From: Octopus vulgaris
Lineage: Eukaryota
Direction of reading: 5' to 3'
Assembly: GCA_951406725.2 (NCBI GenBank)
Contig: OX597824.1
Coordinates: 32,260,001-32,322,000, forward strand
Length of the DNA stretch: 62,000 nt
Position numbers and translations under genes: made by a program. Positions 1 through 12,300 of this stretch are shown piece by piece; the stretch's first letter is position 1, and every line of letters starts with the position of its first letter. Under the pieces are notes generated by a model. That model worked only from the letters and a program-made list of their open reading frames with translations. It was not told the origin of the DNA and searched no databases.

Positions 1-245
1 AAGGTGTGACATAGCAGGGCCGAATCTGAAACCATGTAGTTAGGAAGCAGGCTCCTTAACCTAACAGCCATGCAGGCACCTAATTGAAACAAAGACATTA
101 GGAATTTGACTCTTTAAGGAGGAAGGGAAAATCTCTTATGCTTTTTTTACCTTAGAAAACAGAAAAATTTGAAAAACAAAAATCCAATGAAAAAAATTAT
201 GGAGTTTTCAATTAAAAAATGTGATAATTAGCATTATAAACTTAC

Positions 246-382
246 TTTTTAATTGATTCAATTTTTAGATTTCCCCAGTTGATGAATGTTGCAATTTCTC
301 CTTCTTTTAAGGACTCAGCATCTTCTTTCTCAATAATAATATTAGGTCCATAACATACAAGCTTTGTTCCAACAGAATCATT
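246..382 (-). CDS. EPRS1: EPRS exon (137 nt): [45 protein letters not shown]
   Basis: ttttag acceptor, gtaag donor; TFINWGN motif; phase 0 start, phase 2 end. Confidence 0.93.
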
Positions 383-3300
383 CTAAAACATAGAAAAGTA
401 ACAAATTCATATAAAATCCCTGTGAATACCATTGTCACTGCTAGCACCATATTCTATAATCGATGTAATTTATCATGATGATAATGATCATTTAATATCC
501 ACTTTCCATGCTGGCATGGGTTGGATGGTTTGATATGGAGCTAGCCACCTGCAATGTCCAGACCCTAATTGTCTGTTGTGACATGGTTTCTATGGCTGGA
601 TGCCCTTCCTAATGCCAACTATTTTACAGAGTGCATTTTATGTGCCAGTGGCATAGGTGCATTTACACAGCTCTGGCACATGAAGGGACAAGCATGTATG
701 TGTGGAAGACAGCAATATTTCTAAGCTTGACACAGCTTATCAAGTACAGCTAATTGCCACATCTCCCAGTCCCTTGTCATTTCCTCAGTGAGGTCCAAAG
801 TCCAATTATAAATGCTTTATATATGATGGACTTCTTTTAGTTTCTATTATACATGTATCTGAAAGAAGGAATGCACTGCTATAGGATTACCATATATTAT
901 GGAAATGAGGGTTGCAGTTAACAAAAAAAACTCATCTATTATCAGCTAAAGGATGGTTTTAATGAAAAAAAATGTTAAAAATGATCAAACCTTGGGATGC
1001 TTTGCTACTTCTTTTGATGAAGGGGTTGCATCTTTAACAGTAACAGAAACAGCTCCGTCTTTAGTCAGAGCAGTATATCTTGGGACAATTGGATCAATAA
1101 CCTGAAATGAATTATAATATACTTAGTATTACCAATACATAAATACATTAAAACTTTGGTTTTGTCAAGTATATGTGATTATTAAGCTCCTCCAACCGAC
1201 TAACTTTGATATAGATATACAACATAATTATATTTTTATAACCTGTTAGACAAAGTATACCGAGTTTTAGTTAGGTTTAGCACCATTCTTTACAGTCCTT
1301 GAAACACTGAACCAATGATGGATGTTTTACATAGTTGTTCAACCTTCTAGAACCCTGGTTCACAGCTGAGGTAAAATTATCAAAGTTGAGCAATTAGATA
1401 GAATTAACTGTGGTTATCATTGGAAAGACACTAAGCAACACTCTTAATCACATAAAAAAAAATAATAATAACTAGCTGATGATACTTTGCCAGTTTGGAA
1501 AAAGGAATGTAAGTGAATGGGTGGTTGTAAGCTAAAATAAATGATGCATTAGAATAATTCAGTCGCAGAGGTTAATATTTATAAAAGAAATTAAATATTC
1601 AATAATTTATCATAAATTGCTACTAAAATACTTTCCATTGCTCAAAGAAGTAGAATAACAAGAACTATTTTTTTTGGAATGAAAAATTACCTTTTTGTTG
1701 ATTGCCCATATTTTATCCCATTCCATCATGACTATTGATTTTGAAGAACCCTAGAAATAAGTGGAAAATAAATACAAATAAATAGAAAATAAATGAATAT
1801 TCATTTTGGTTGTTTAGGTTTTCCAACAATTTCTCAATTCTTTTTTTATTCTAATCAACAACAAAAAAAAAAATCTATGACTGTAATAAGTTTTCTGTCA
1901 AGGACCAGAGAGGAAATATAATCAATTAAAAAGTTTAAAAAAAAAAATATTATATATAGGTTGATTGAAAAGTAACTCCCTACAGTACCTCACTATGTTG
2001 CAAGATGAGATCTGGCCAGTTATCAGTGCTTGGAAGAATACTGATATTAAAGATTTGATTTTCATGCAAGATGGTGCCACTCTACATTTTGCTCTTGTTG
2101 TTTGTGAATGGCTGAATGTCCACTTTGCTGGGAGATGGATGGGTCATTATGGTCCACGTGAGTGGCCAGCCAGGAGTCCCAATTTAACACCCTGTGATTT
2201 CTTTCTTTTGGGGGTGGTTATAGGAACAAGTCTACTATGCCAAACCAAAGACTTTGGAAGAACTTGAAGGGAGAATACAAGAAGTTATGTCTTCCATCCC
2301 ACAAGAGTTCCTGGTGAAATCAGTTGATGTAATTCCTAGGCGACTCAAGATGCTGGTGGTGACATTAGGAGCCCATACTGAATTTTTAATAAAACCTCAT
2401 ATCAAAAGCTTTCCTCTCATATCCATTCTTCTGTAAAAATTACAATTAATAAATAATTTATAAGTATTTTAAAATAGGGAGTTACTTTTCAATCATTCTG
2501 CATATATAAGTTTGTCATCGTTTGAATTTTTTTGTTCTGTAAACTAGCCGAGTCAGAAATATTATAAAGAAAAAAAAAACCCCAAAAGTAATACAATTTC
2601 TCTGTTCATAAAACTGCATCTTCTGATGGATTCTTTTATTTGTTTCAGTCATTTGACTGTGGCCATGCTGGAGCACCGCCTTTATTCGAGCAAATCGACA
2701 TTCTTTATTTTTCACAATGATTAAACGTGAATTAACAAAGTAATGGTGAAGTTCTTAAGCAGATCAGGCCGAAAATGTCACTAGAAGCTAGGATCACCAA
2801 GCATAGATGGGCATATTTTGGTCATATTATGCGGAGAAAATCCCTGGAGAACGACATCATGCTCGGAATGGTCAGTGGCAAGAGAGGAAGAAGCCGACCA
2901 AGAACCCGCTGGCTTGACACCATCAAGAGTGATACTAGAATGGACACAGCCAATCTGAAAGAAGTGACCCAGGATAGAACTGACTGGAGGTCACTGATCC
3001 ATGGAGTAACCGAGAGTTGACTTCGACTGAGCAGATAGATAGATAAATAGCCTTTGTTTTAATATCAAGGATCAAGTTTTTTTTTACGATAGTATTTCTC
3101 TCCTCCCACTATCTCTCTCTTTCTGTTTATGTATTTCAGTATTTGTTATCTTCTATCTTTTACTTGTTTCAGTCATTAGACTGTGGTCATGCTGGGGCAC
3201 CGCCTAGAAGGATTTTAGTCAAACTAATTGATCCCAGGACTTATTCTATTGGTCTCTTTTGCATAACTGCTAAGTCATGGGAATGTAAACACAACACCGG

Positions 3301-6300
3301 TTGTCAAGAGGTGGGGGGGGGGGATACAAAGACACACACCATGGGCTTATTTCAGTTTTTGTTCATCAAATCCACTCAAGAATTTGGTCATCCTGAAGCT
3401 ATAATAGAAGACACTTGCCGAAGGTGCCTTGCAGTGGGACTGAACTAGGAACCACGTGGTTAGGAAGCAAGCTTCTTACCACACATCCAAAAATATAACA
3501 TTCATCATCATTTTACGTCTGTTGTCCATGCTGGCATGGGTTAGATGATTTGATCAGGGTTGGTAAGTTGGAAGGCTGCACCAGACTCTGGTCTAATTTG
3601 GCATGGTTTTCTATGGCTGAATGCCCTCAGAGTGTAATGGGTGCTTTTTTTACATGCCACTGGCATGGGTGCCATTTGCATGACACCAGTATCTGCCACA
3701 ACGTAATACCAAAGGTCTCGGTCATTGCCTCTTTGAGGCCTAACACTTGAAAGGAACTCAGCCACTTTGCCTCCATGAGGCCTAATGCTCGAAAGGAACT
3801 CAGCCACTTTGCCTCCATGAGGCCTAATGCTCGAAAGGAACTCAGCCACTTTTTGCAACAAAATGTTTAACAAATAAATACAGCAACCATGACGTTCTTT
3901 GTACAAGACTTACTACAAATAAAATTTTGCAATTTCTATTTAATCCAAGCACAACTTACTTGAGCGATTATAAACTGTTTTAAGCCTTCAATAGTCATTC
4001 CTCTTCTTAATATACCACGGACAGTAGGGAAACGAGGATCATCCCTAGAAAAAAAAGATTTATATTGTAGAAGTTTCTCAGACTTTATAAGGAATCTAAC
4101 TCAAGATGTTACTTTTACTAAAGTAGTTTGTGTCAGAGTAATGGGTCAAGTAGAATGAAAGTACAGGGTGGACCAAAATGATCTGACACATTTGGAGGTT
4201 TAATAAAAGCACAAAATAAGAAAAAATGAAAAGAAAAATTTTATTTTCTGAATTCACCATTCCAGAAGAAATGATCCATAGAGTTATCAATAACTTTCAT
4301 GAACGTCTCCAACTGATTTAAGTTTTAAAACTTAATGAAATAAAATGGCATTATATGTACATTCAGAAAATAAAATGTTTCTTTTCATTATTTTATTTTG
4401 TGCTTTTATTAAGCCTCCAAATGTGTCAGATCATCATCATTTTAAGTGTCTACTTTTCCATGCTTGCATGGACCAGACAGAGTTTATTGAGGCAGATTTT
4501 ATATGGTCGAATGCCTTTCCTATTGTCAACCCTCACGATATTTCCTCATGGTCAGGCATGTTTTTGCAGAGTATTGGAAATAAACGAGACTGTTTATATG
4601 AAAGACATTCATTTACAGCTATTGCATGATGTTAAGACAAGGAGACAAAAACACACACATATATGTAGAGATGTGGGTGAGTAAGTATACAACAAGCTTC
4701 TTTCAGTTTCTGTCAATCAAATCCACTCATAAAGCTTTGGTTGGCATGGAGCAACAGTAGAAAACACTTGTCCAAGGTGCCATGCACTGAGGCTGAATCT
4801 GAAACTAGATGGTTGGGAAGCAAACTTCTTAATCACACAGCCCCACCTATGCCAATCAATATCTATAAAGTTGAAATGCGAAAAAGTTGTTTGATTTCTT
4901 GGTTATTTGTCTCATTTTGGTATGGAAACGGTTTAAGGGGCGGTAGATGGGGTCGGATTGGTGCCAAAATTTACACTGGGGGGTAAAATGGGGTGGGCAA
5001 TGGTGTGAGGAAGGTTGCAAAGTTGCTCAGGGCTACTGTTTGGTTGCCATGGTGAGGAATATGGGAAAAATTGAGTTTTAAAGAAGATAAAGATGAAGAA
5101 AAAATTTGAAAAATAAGAAAAAGAAGAGGGCAATAAAAAGAACCAGGCAAAGAAGACGAACAAAAGAAGGAAGGGAAAAGGAGACAACACGCACAAAAGG
5201 AACACCACCACCAAAACCCGAGCGAGGCACGGGTCAAAATAGTTAGTCTGTAAGAAACAGCAGTCAAATCACAGACTACTGATTTAAAAAAAAAAAAAAA
5301 AAGGAACAGCATATTGGATACTATAGCCTGAAAACAGGATGAGGAAGGGCAAGATATTATAAATACTGAACTGATGATAAAGGTGAGGCAAAGACAGGGA
5401 AACAAACAATACTTACCAACCATCAACATGTTTTTCGTTCACAAACCAAGTGAGTTTTCGCTTGGACAAAACAGTGTTTTGTAGATTCAATCGGCTGTAC
5501 TCATAGAGATAAGGTTCACGTAAACCTAGAAGAAAAACATTTCAACTTTTTATCTCAAGCTAAAAAGAAATTTTGGAACATTTATAATTATAGTGTGTTA
5601 TTTTGTGTTAAAAACCTCTTCAATGGAAAAAGTCAAAGGCTGCCCATGCGACTTATCTTTTACTTTATTAGACTGCGTCCATGTTAGGGCACTGCCTTGA
5701 AGAATATTTAGCTGAACAAATCAACCCCAGTATTTATTTTTAAAAACTTGGTACTTATTCTAGCTGTCTTTTTTGCTGAACTGCTAAGTTATGGGGATGT
5801 AAACACACCAACACTGGTTGTCAAGCGCAGTGGTGGGAGACAAACAGACACAAAGATATATACGATAGGTTTCTTTCAGTTTCTGTCCCCCAAATCCACT
5901 CGCAAGGCTTTGGTCTGCCTGAAGCTACAGTAGAAGATACTTGGCCAAGATACCACGCAGTGGGACTGAACCTGGAACCATGTAGTTGAGAAGTAAGCTT
6001 CTTACCACAGAGCCATGCCTAAGTAAAACTTTCTAAGATTCTCCATTTTGAATTTAGCAAAAACATCAAAGAATCAAAGGTTTGGCTCAGGACTAAACTG
6101 AATCAAAAGAGGTTTACCCACAGGGAACATCTAAAAATGCTTTATCACAGATTGATTAATTTGTATTTTGAAACTGATTCAATACCTTAAGTTCTTCACT
6201 TATGATGTAACTATATTTTGGAGAAAATATGGAAAATGCTCTCTCTCTTTCATATGCACCTTGTACCTTGAGAATACATCCTCACCAACTCTCTCTCTTT

Positions 6301-9300
6301 TCCAGACGCAGAAACCATGTATTCACCTCTTCAACAAGACACTTGTTCCTATCCTGTTATCGTACTTTCACCTCCTCCAATGTTATGTTCCACTCAGTTG
6401 AGGAATCTTGTCTCGCAAGTACTTAGTGACATCATTTGTGCCAATGCCACATAAAAAAGCATCACCCAGTATACTCTATTAATGTGGCTGGTGTTAGGAA
6501 GTGTATCCAGCCATAGAAACCATGCCAAGGCAGATGCTGGAGCTTGATGCAGTCCTCTGGCCCTTGTTAAACTGTCCAACCCATGCCAGCATGGAATAAA
6601 GGAGATTAAATAATGATGATGATGAGGATGGTTAATCATGTTCTTAATGAATAAATTAAGAAAGAAATTGCAAAACATAGGATCAGAAAGAAGAACAGGA
6701 TAGATAATATTTGAAGTGTAAATCTACAGATTTATAACTTTTGTGAAAAGTATTGTGTTGTTATTTTTTAGAAAATATTATTTCTACAATGTAACTCCTA
6801 CCTGCATTATGCTTAATGTTAGAAAAAGTAATTAACACATTGGCTCCAATAACTAATACAAAAAAAAAAAAAAAAAAAGAAAAACCCTGAAAATTTAAAA
6901 CCATCAAACCCCTAATCATCATCATCCTTTAATGTTCATTTTCAATGCTGGAATGGGTTGGACGGTTTGACCATAGCTGGCAAGTGAGAGAGCTGCACCA
7001 GTTTGATATGGCTGGGTGCCCTTGCTAATGCCAACCACTTTACAGTGTGTGCTGGGTACTTTTAATGTGGCACCAGCACAGGACTCTTGCAGGCCAATCC
7101 TCTTCATTAGGGGATGTGGCCTTAACACTTCTGCTGAGGAGGACGGATCTTCTTGAGTACAGCAAAGCATCAGGTATACCAGTCCTTTGTCATCTCATCC
7201 AAAAGGTTCAGCATTCAGAGATCATCCTAAGAATATATTAACTCTGATGTACACTGAATTATTGGGAAATCTTACCAAGTTTATTTAACTTATTGGTTAA
7301 ACAGTCAGTCTTTTGCTTTGTTTTTCAGCTGCCTAAAAATCAAGATAACCATGTGACAGCCCCACTTCATTAAAGCGGTGGTGGACTAAGAAAGATGTCA
7401 CTGAAAAGGTTGTCAATGGCAACGAAAGGAAAAATAAAGACAAATAAATAACTGACTGTTTAGCACCAAGTTAAACAATTGATCGATTAGTTAGTTGTAT
7501 CTTACCAAGCTTTTTCAGAATCCAGAAATACTGCTCATCTCTGTCGTGATATTCAGTTGTACGAAGAGCATGGGTCACACCCTCTATACTGTCCACAATA
7601 GGACAAGCAAAGTCATAAGTTGGGTACACTCTGAAAATATAATGGATAAATGATTGAAAGAAGAAATCTATCTTTAGATTTACTAAACAGAATCAGCAAT
7701 GCAATGAATAAAAAAGAAGTACATAAAATAAAAATATTGATAGAAATATACTTAATAAGCACAAGGTGAGGTACATGACCTAGCGGTTAAACAGTGGCAC
7801 TCGTGATCATGGTTTCAATTCCCTGACCAGGCAGTGTGTTCTGGGTCTTGAGTCAAACACTTCACTTTTATGTTGCTGCTGTCCACTCAGTTATGAATAA
7901 GTAACCCTGTAATAGACTGGCATCCTGTTGAAGGGAAATATGATCTCAGCAACCTATACACCATGGAAACTGGGTAAGTGACTCTGAGTCCTAGGGCTTC
8001 AAATAGTAATGTTTAATGAGCACACTAGTCCAAGTAGGAAGGCCAATGACTGTCTGGTTATACTTTGCTGTTAGGGAGATAAAGGTACATGGCTCAGTGG
8101 TTAGAGCATTGGGCTTATAATCACAAAATTATGAGTTCGATTCCTGGACCAGGCTACGTGTTAGGTTCTTGAGCAAGACACTTTATTTTTCATGTTATTC
8201 CAGTTCACTAAGCTGTAGAAATGAGTTGTGACATCACTGGTGCCAAGCAGTATCAGCCTTTGCCTTTCCCTTAGATAACATTGGTGACGTGGCGAGGAGA
8301 GGCTAGTGTGCATGGGTGACTGCTGGTCTTCCATAAACAACCTTGTCCAGACTTGTACCTCGGAAGGTGTCTTTGTAAGTGCAATCCCATGGTCATTTAT
8401 GACAGAAGAGGGTCTTTTAGGGAGATTAATGTGAAATTTTTATAGGTTTGCAGTAGGACAGAAGATATGAAGAGAAAGGAAGTTGCAGAGGTATTCAGTT
8501 ATGAGCAAGAAAACGTTAACTGGTTGGTATGAAGCCTTTGAGATGAAAGGGAATGGGAAGAAACATGTGTAACAACTGAGTTTAAGAAGAAATAACAGAA
8601 TTTCCACACAGCTAAGTGCAGGTATTGGCTGAAAAAGTTTGCTTCCCAACCATGTGATTTCAAGTTCAGTCCCACTGCATGACTTCTTGGGCAAGTGTCT
8701 TCTACGGCCAGGAGTTGACCAATGCCTTGTGAGTAGATTCAGTAGACAAGAAATGAAAGGAGATTGTTGTGTGTGTGTGTGTGCATGAATGCACCTGTGT
8801 GAGTACACGTGTCTAAACATTACATGATAGTTGTAAATGAGCATCACTGTCATACAAGCGAGGTTGTTTGGTTCCAGTCTTTTGTGAAAAAAAAAAAAAT
8901 CTTGCCATAGGGAAATATCATTATGTTTGAAAAAAAGAGGGGAAGTTGATGACAGGAAGGGCATCTGACCATAGAAAATCTACCTCAACAAATTTTGTCT
9001 GCCCCAGGTAAGCATAGAAAAGTGGACATTAGAATGATGATAAAATAATAATCCTTTCTACTAAAGGCATAAAGGCCTGAAATTTTTAGGAGGGGTATGC
9101 TGATTTCATCAACCCCAGTGTTTCGCTGGTACTTAATTTACCAACCCATAAAAGATGAAAAGCAAAGACGACCCAGGTGAAATATGAACTCAGAATGTGA
9201 AGATGGAAGAAAAACTGCTAAGCATTTTGCCTGGTGTGGTAACAATTCTGCCAGCTTGCAGCTTTATGATGAAATAATAATCATCATCATTTAATGTCCA

Positions 9301-12300
9301 TTTCCATCTGGTATGGGTTGTATGGCTTGACAGGAGCTGGTAAAGCCAGAAGCTGCATCAGGCTCCACTGTCTACTTTGGCATGGTTTCTACAATTAGAT
9401 GTGCTTCCAAGGTGACATCTCAGAGTGGTGAGAATAAGTGGGGCAAATGATAGAGTAAAATGATGGAGTGAAATATAGGTAGGTATGTGGGTATTAAGGG
9501 TAATAGTAGTTAAGCAAGGTGTTAATGATAGAGGACATTATAGGGGAGAGAAGACATAGAAAGGAGGTGATTGGTGGGAATGGGAAATGGTTTAGGGTGG
9601 TGAAAGAGATAACTGAAGAAGCAGGTGGATGTAATATGCACCTATTCTGTTCTCAAGTGATGGGTGTTAGGGGATAAAAGGTGAGGGGAAAATGGTTGAC
9701 GAGGGAGAGCCCTAATAAGTATTGGCAGACATTTCACTAGTGAGCTTGTAAACTGATCAAGAAATTAGACTATTGGAAAGTGTATTTCTTGATACACTAC
9801 GCCAGAAAAACTAAATGATTATACTCTGATCATAGTTCTGCCCTGTCAGGGTTATCTTGGAGTTAAATGATAAATAGTAGAAGTAATGTATGATGTAGAC
9901 TATTTATTGTTATAAACCCAAACTTGAATATCAAAGTTTTAAAAGGTTTCACGTACAGTCTCTCCAGAGTTTGAATTGCTTCTGAGTAATTCTCACATTC
10001 ACTTATGAGTTCGTAAACATCTTTATCTATGTGTGCTATTAAACACCTAAGTTTGCTTTCATCCGTTGTTAGGTGGTTCAGCAGGAAATGATTCTAAAAA
10101 ATTTTTTAAAGTTCTGAACCAATATTTCCATTCTTTCAAAGCTTGACTTGAACTTGGATCAGCAGTGAACAAACTTGGATCAGCAGTGAACAAATTTGGT
10201 TTTATAAATTTGCTGTCCATTCTCTCTCTCTCTAGCTATAATTTAGTTGATTAAATTGTCATAAACCCAAACTCGAATATCAAAGTTTTAAAAGGTTTCA
10301 CGTACAAGAAAAATATACTTTTAATAATTGTCTTACTTGTATTTGTCACCTGTTCTGATGTGAATCTCTGGTTTACAACGGTAAAGTGTTGGATCACGCA
10401 TACAACCGTTAGCAGAATTCATGTCAATCTTAGCACGAACACAACATTTTGTTCCAAATTCTGTACCTGATTTCATTTCTTCCCACATTTTCAAGTTTTC
10501 AGCTGTGCCTGGTTAGTATAAAATAAACAGAAAATTAAGGATTCTCATTATAATCTCTTGACCTGCTAGAAATAGAAGCCAAAGCCCTTCAAATTACACC
10601 TAGCTTTTTACAAAAGACAGACACATTGAATAATGTAGTCTACTGTTTAGAAAAAAAAAAAGAATAGTTATGGTTGGAATACCTTCAATATAGAGCTGCT
10701 CAATCAGGTTTCATACAAAACTAAACAACAAATTTTTGTGTTGATAAAGTATATTTGTCCAGTTGACTATGATTAATGATCAATCAAAGCCTAGCTTGCA
10801 TTCCAGTAGTAAGTAATAAACCACTGGTCTGCCCCCATGTGAGCTTTTCTACAGCTACAGTGTTGCTGCACCAATAAATCCAAGCACAGTCAGAGCATTG
10901 CACAATGAAGGCCCAATTTAGTGTTTATCTCATTTGTTAAAGTCTAATATTTTGAAATTTGATCTCCACTTCTTACAACAGACATCGTACATGGCTGCTT
11001 GACCTGCCAGAAACAACAACCAAATCTCTCTCAAACTATAACCAACCATCTTAACCTTTAGCATTCAGATTTCTCAGTCAAATGTAATACTTATTTATTC
11101 ACATTGTTTTGAATTAACCAGGAATTATTTTGTAGCTTTGAGATTTTGATGAGGTAATTCTTAATTTTTAGAAAGAAATTGTAGGGTTGGTGTGAGAGGC
11201 CAGATCTGGCCAGTTTGGACATAAAACAGGTAGAATATTTTGGTTGGATACGGCCAGTTTAAATTTCCTGACCACATTAGTTAATGTGGTCAAAGGTGCA
11301 CTATGTTTGATGAGCTGATCGAAGGTGGCAAGCTGGCAGAAACGTTAGCACGCCGGGCGAAATGCTTTGAGGTATTTCGTCTGCCGCTACGTTCCGAGTT
11401 CAAATTCCGCCGAGGTCGACTTTGCCTTTCATCCTTTCGGGGTCGATAAATTAAGTACCAGTTACGCACTGGGGTCAATGTAATCGACTTAATACCTATG
11501 TCTGTCCTTGTTTGTCCCCTCTGTGTTTAGCCCCTTGTGGGTAATAAAGAAATAGGTATTTTGTCTGTCGCTACGTTCTGAGTTCAAATTCCGTCGAGGT
11601 CGACTTTGCCTTTCATCCTTTCGGGGTCGATTAAACAAGTACCAGTTACGCACTGGGGTTGATATAATCGACTTGATTCGCTTGTTTGTCCTTTTTTTGT
11701 TTAGCCCCTTGTGGGTAGTAAAAAAATAGGTTAAAATGTTGTTGATTACAGTTCTGTTCAATCAGAGCCAATTTAGGATTAAGCAACAATAGTATTTTAA
11801 TTGCTATGTTGCAAAGCATCAGAACAAACAGCATAGCAATACCATGGATCAAGGCATGAAAAGGACAGAAGTCATGTAATGCAAGTGAATTTACTAACAC
11901 AAACTATAGAAGGTCAGTCAACACGCTACAGAGAACTACATATACTTGGCATTACACACAACAAGCAAACTCCTTCAGGAACTTACTTTGATTTCTTCGT
12001 GCTGATTCTTTCTTTTCTTCTCTTTCTTGTTTCATAACGTCAGGATTGGTATCGTCAACATAGGCATGACCTTCTTTGATTAGTTTCAAACAAAGATCAA
12101 GCAGGACATCAAAATGGTCAGATGTATAGCTTAGAACATCATACTTAATGCCAAGTAGTTCGACATCTTTGAGAATTACCTGTTTAAAATATTGTATCAA
12201 TAAACATGTAAGATATTGTTTTCAATGTTTAACAAATTATATATAAAGGCTTTTTTTTCTTTTTTTGCATGCGCCCTCAAAAAGTCTGGCTTGGTGTCCA

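Noticed and set aside
3749-3852. CRISPR-like direct repeats
   Set aside because: 42-bp units are contiguous with no spacers; eukaryotic context; part of an interspersed repeat.
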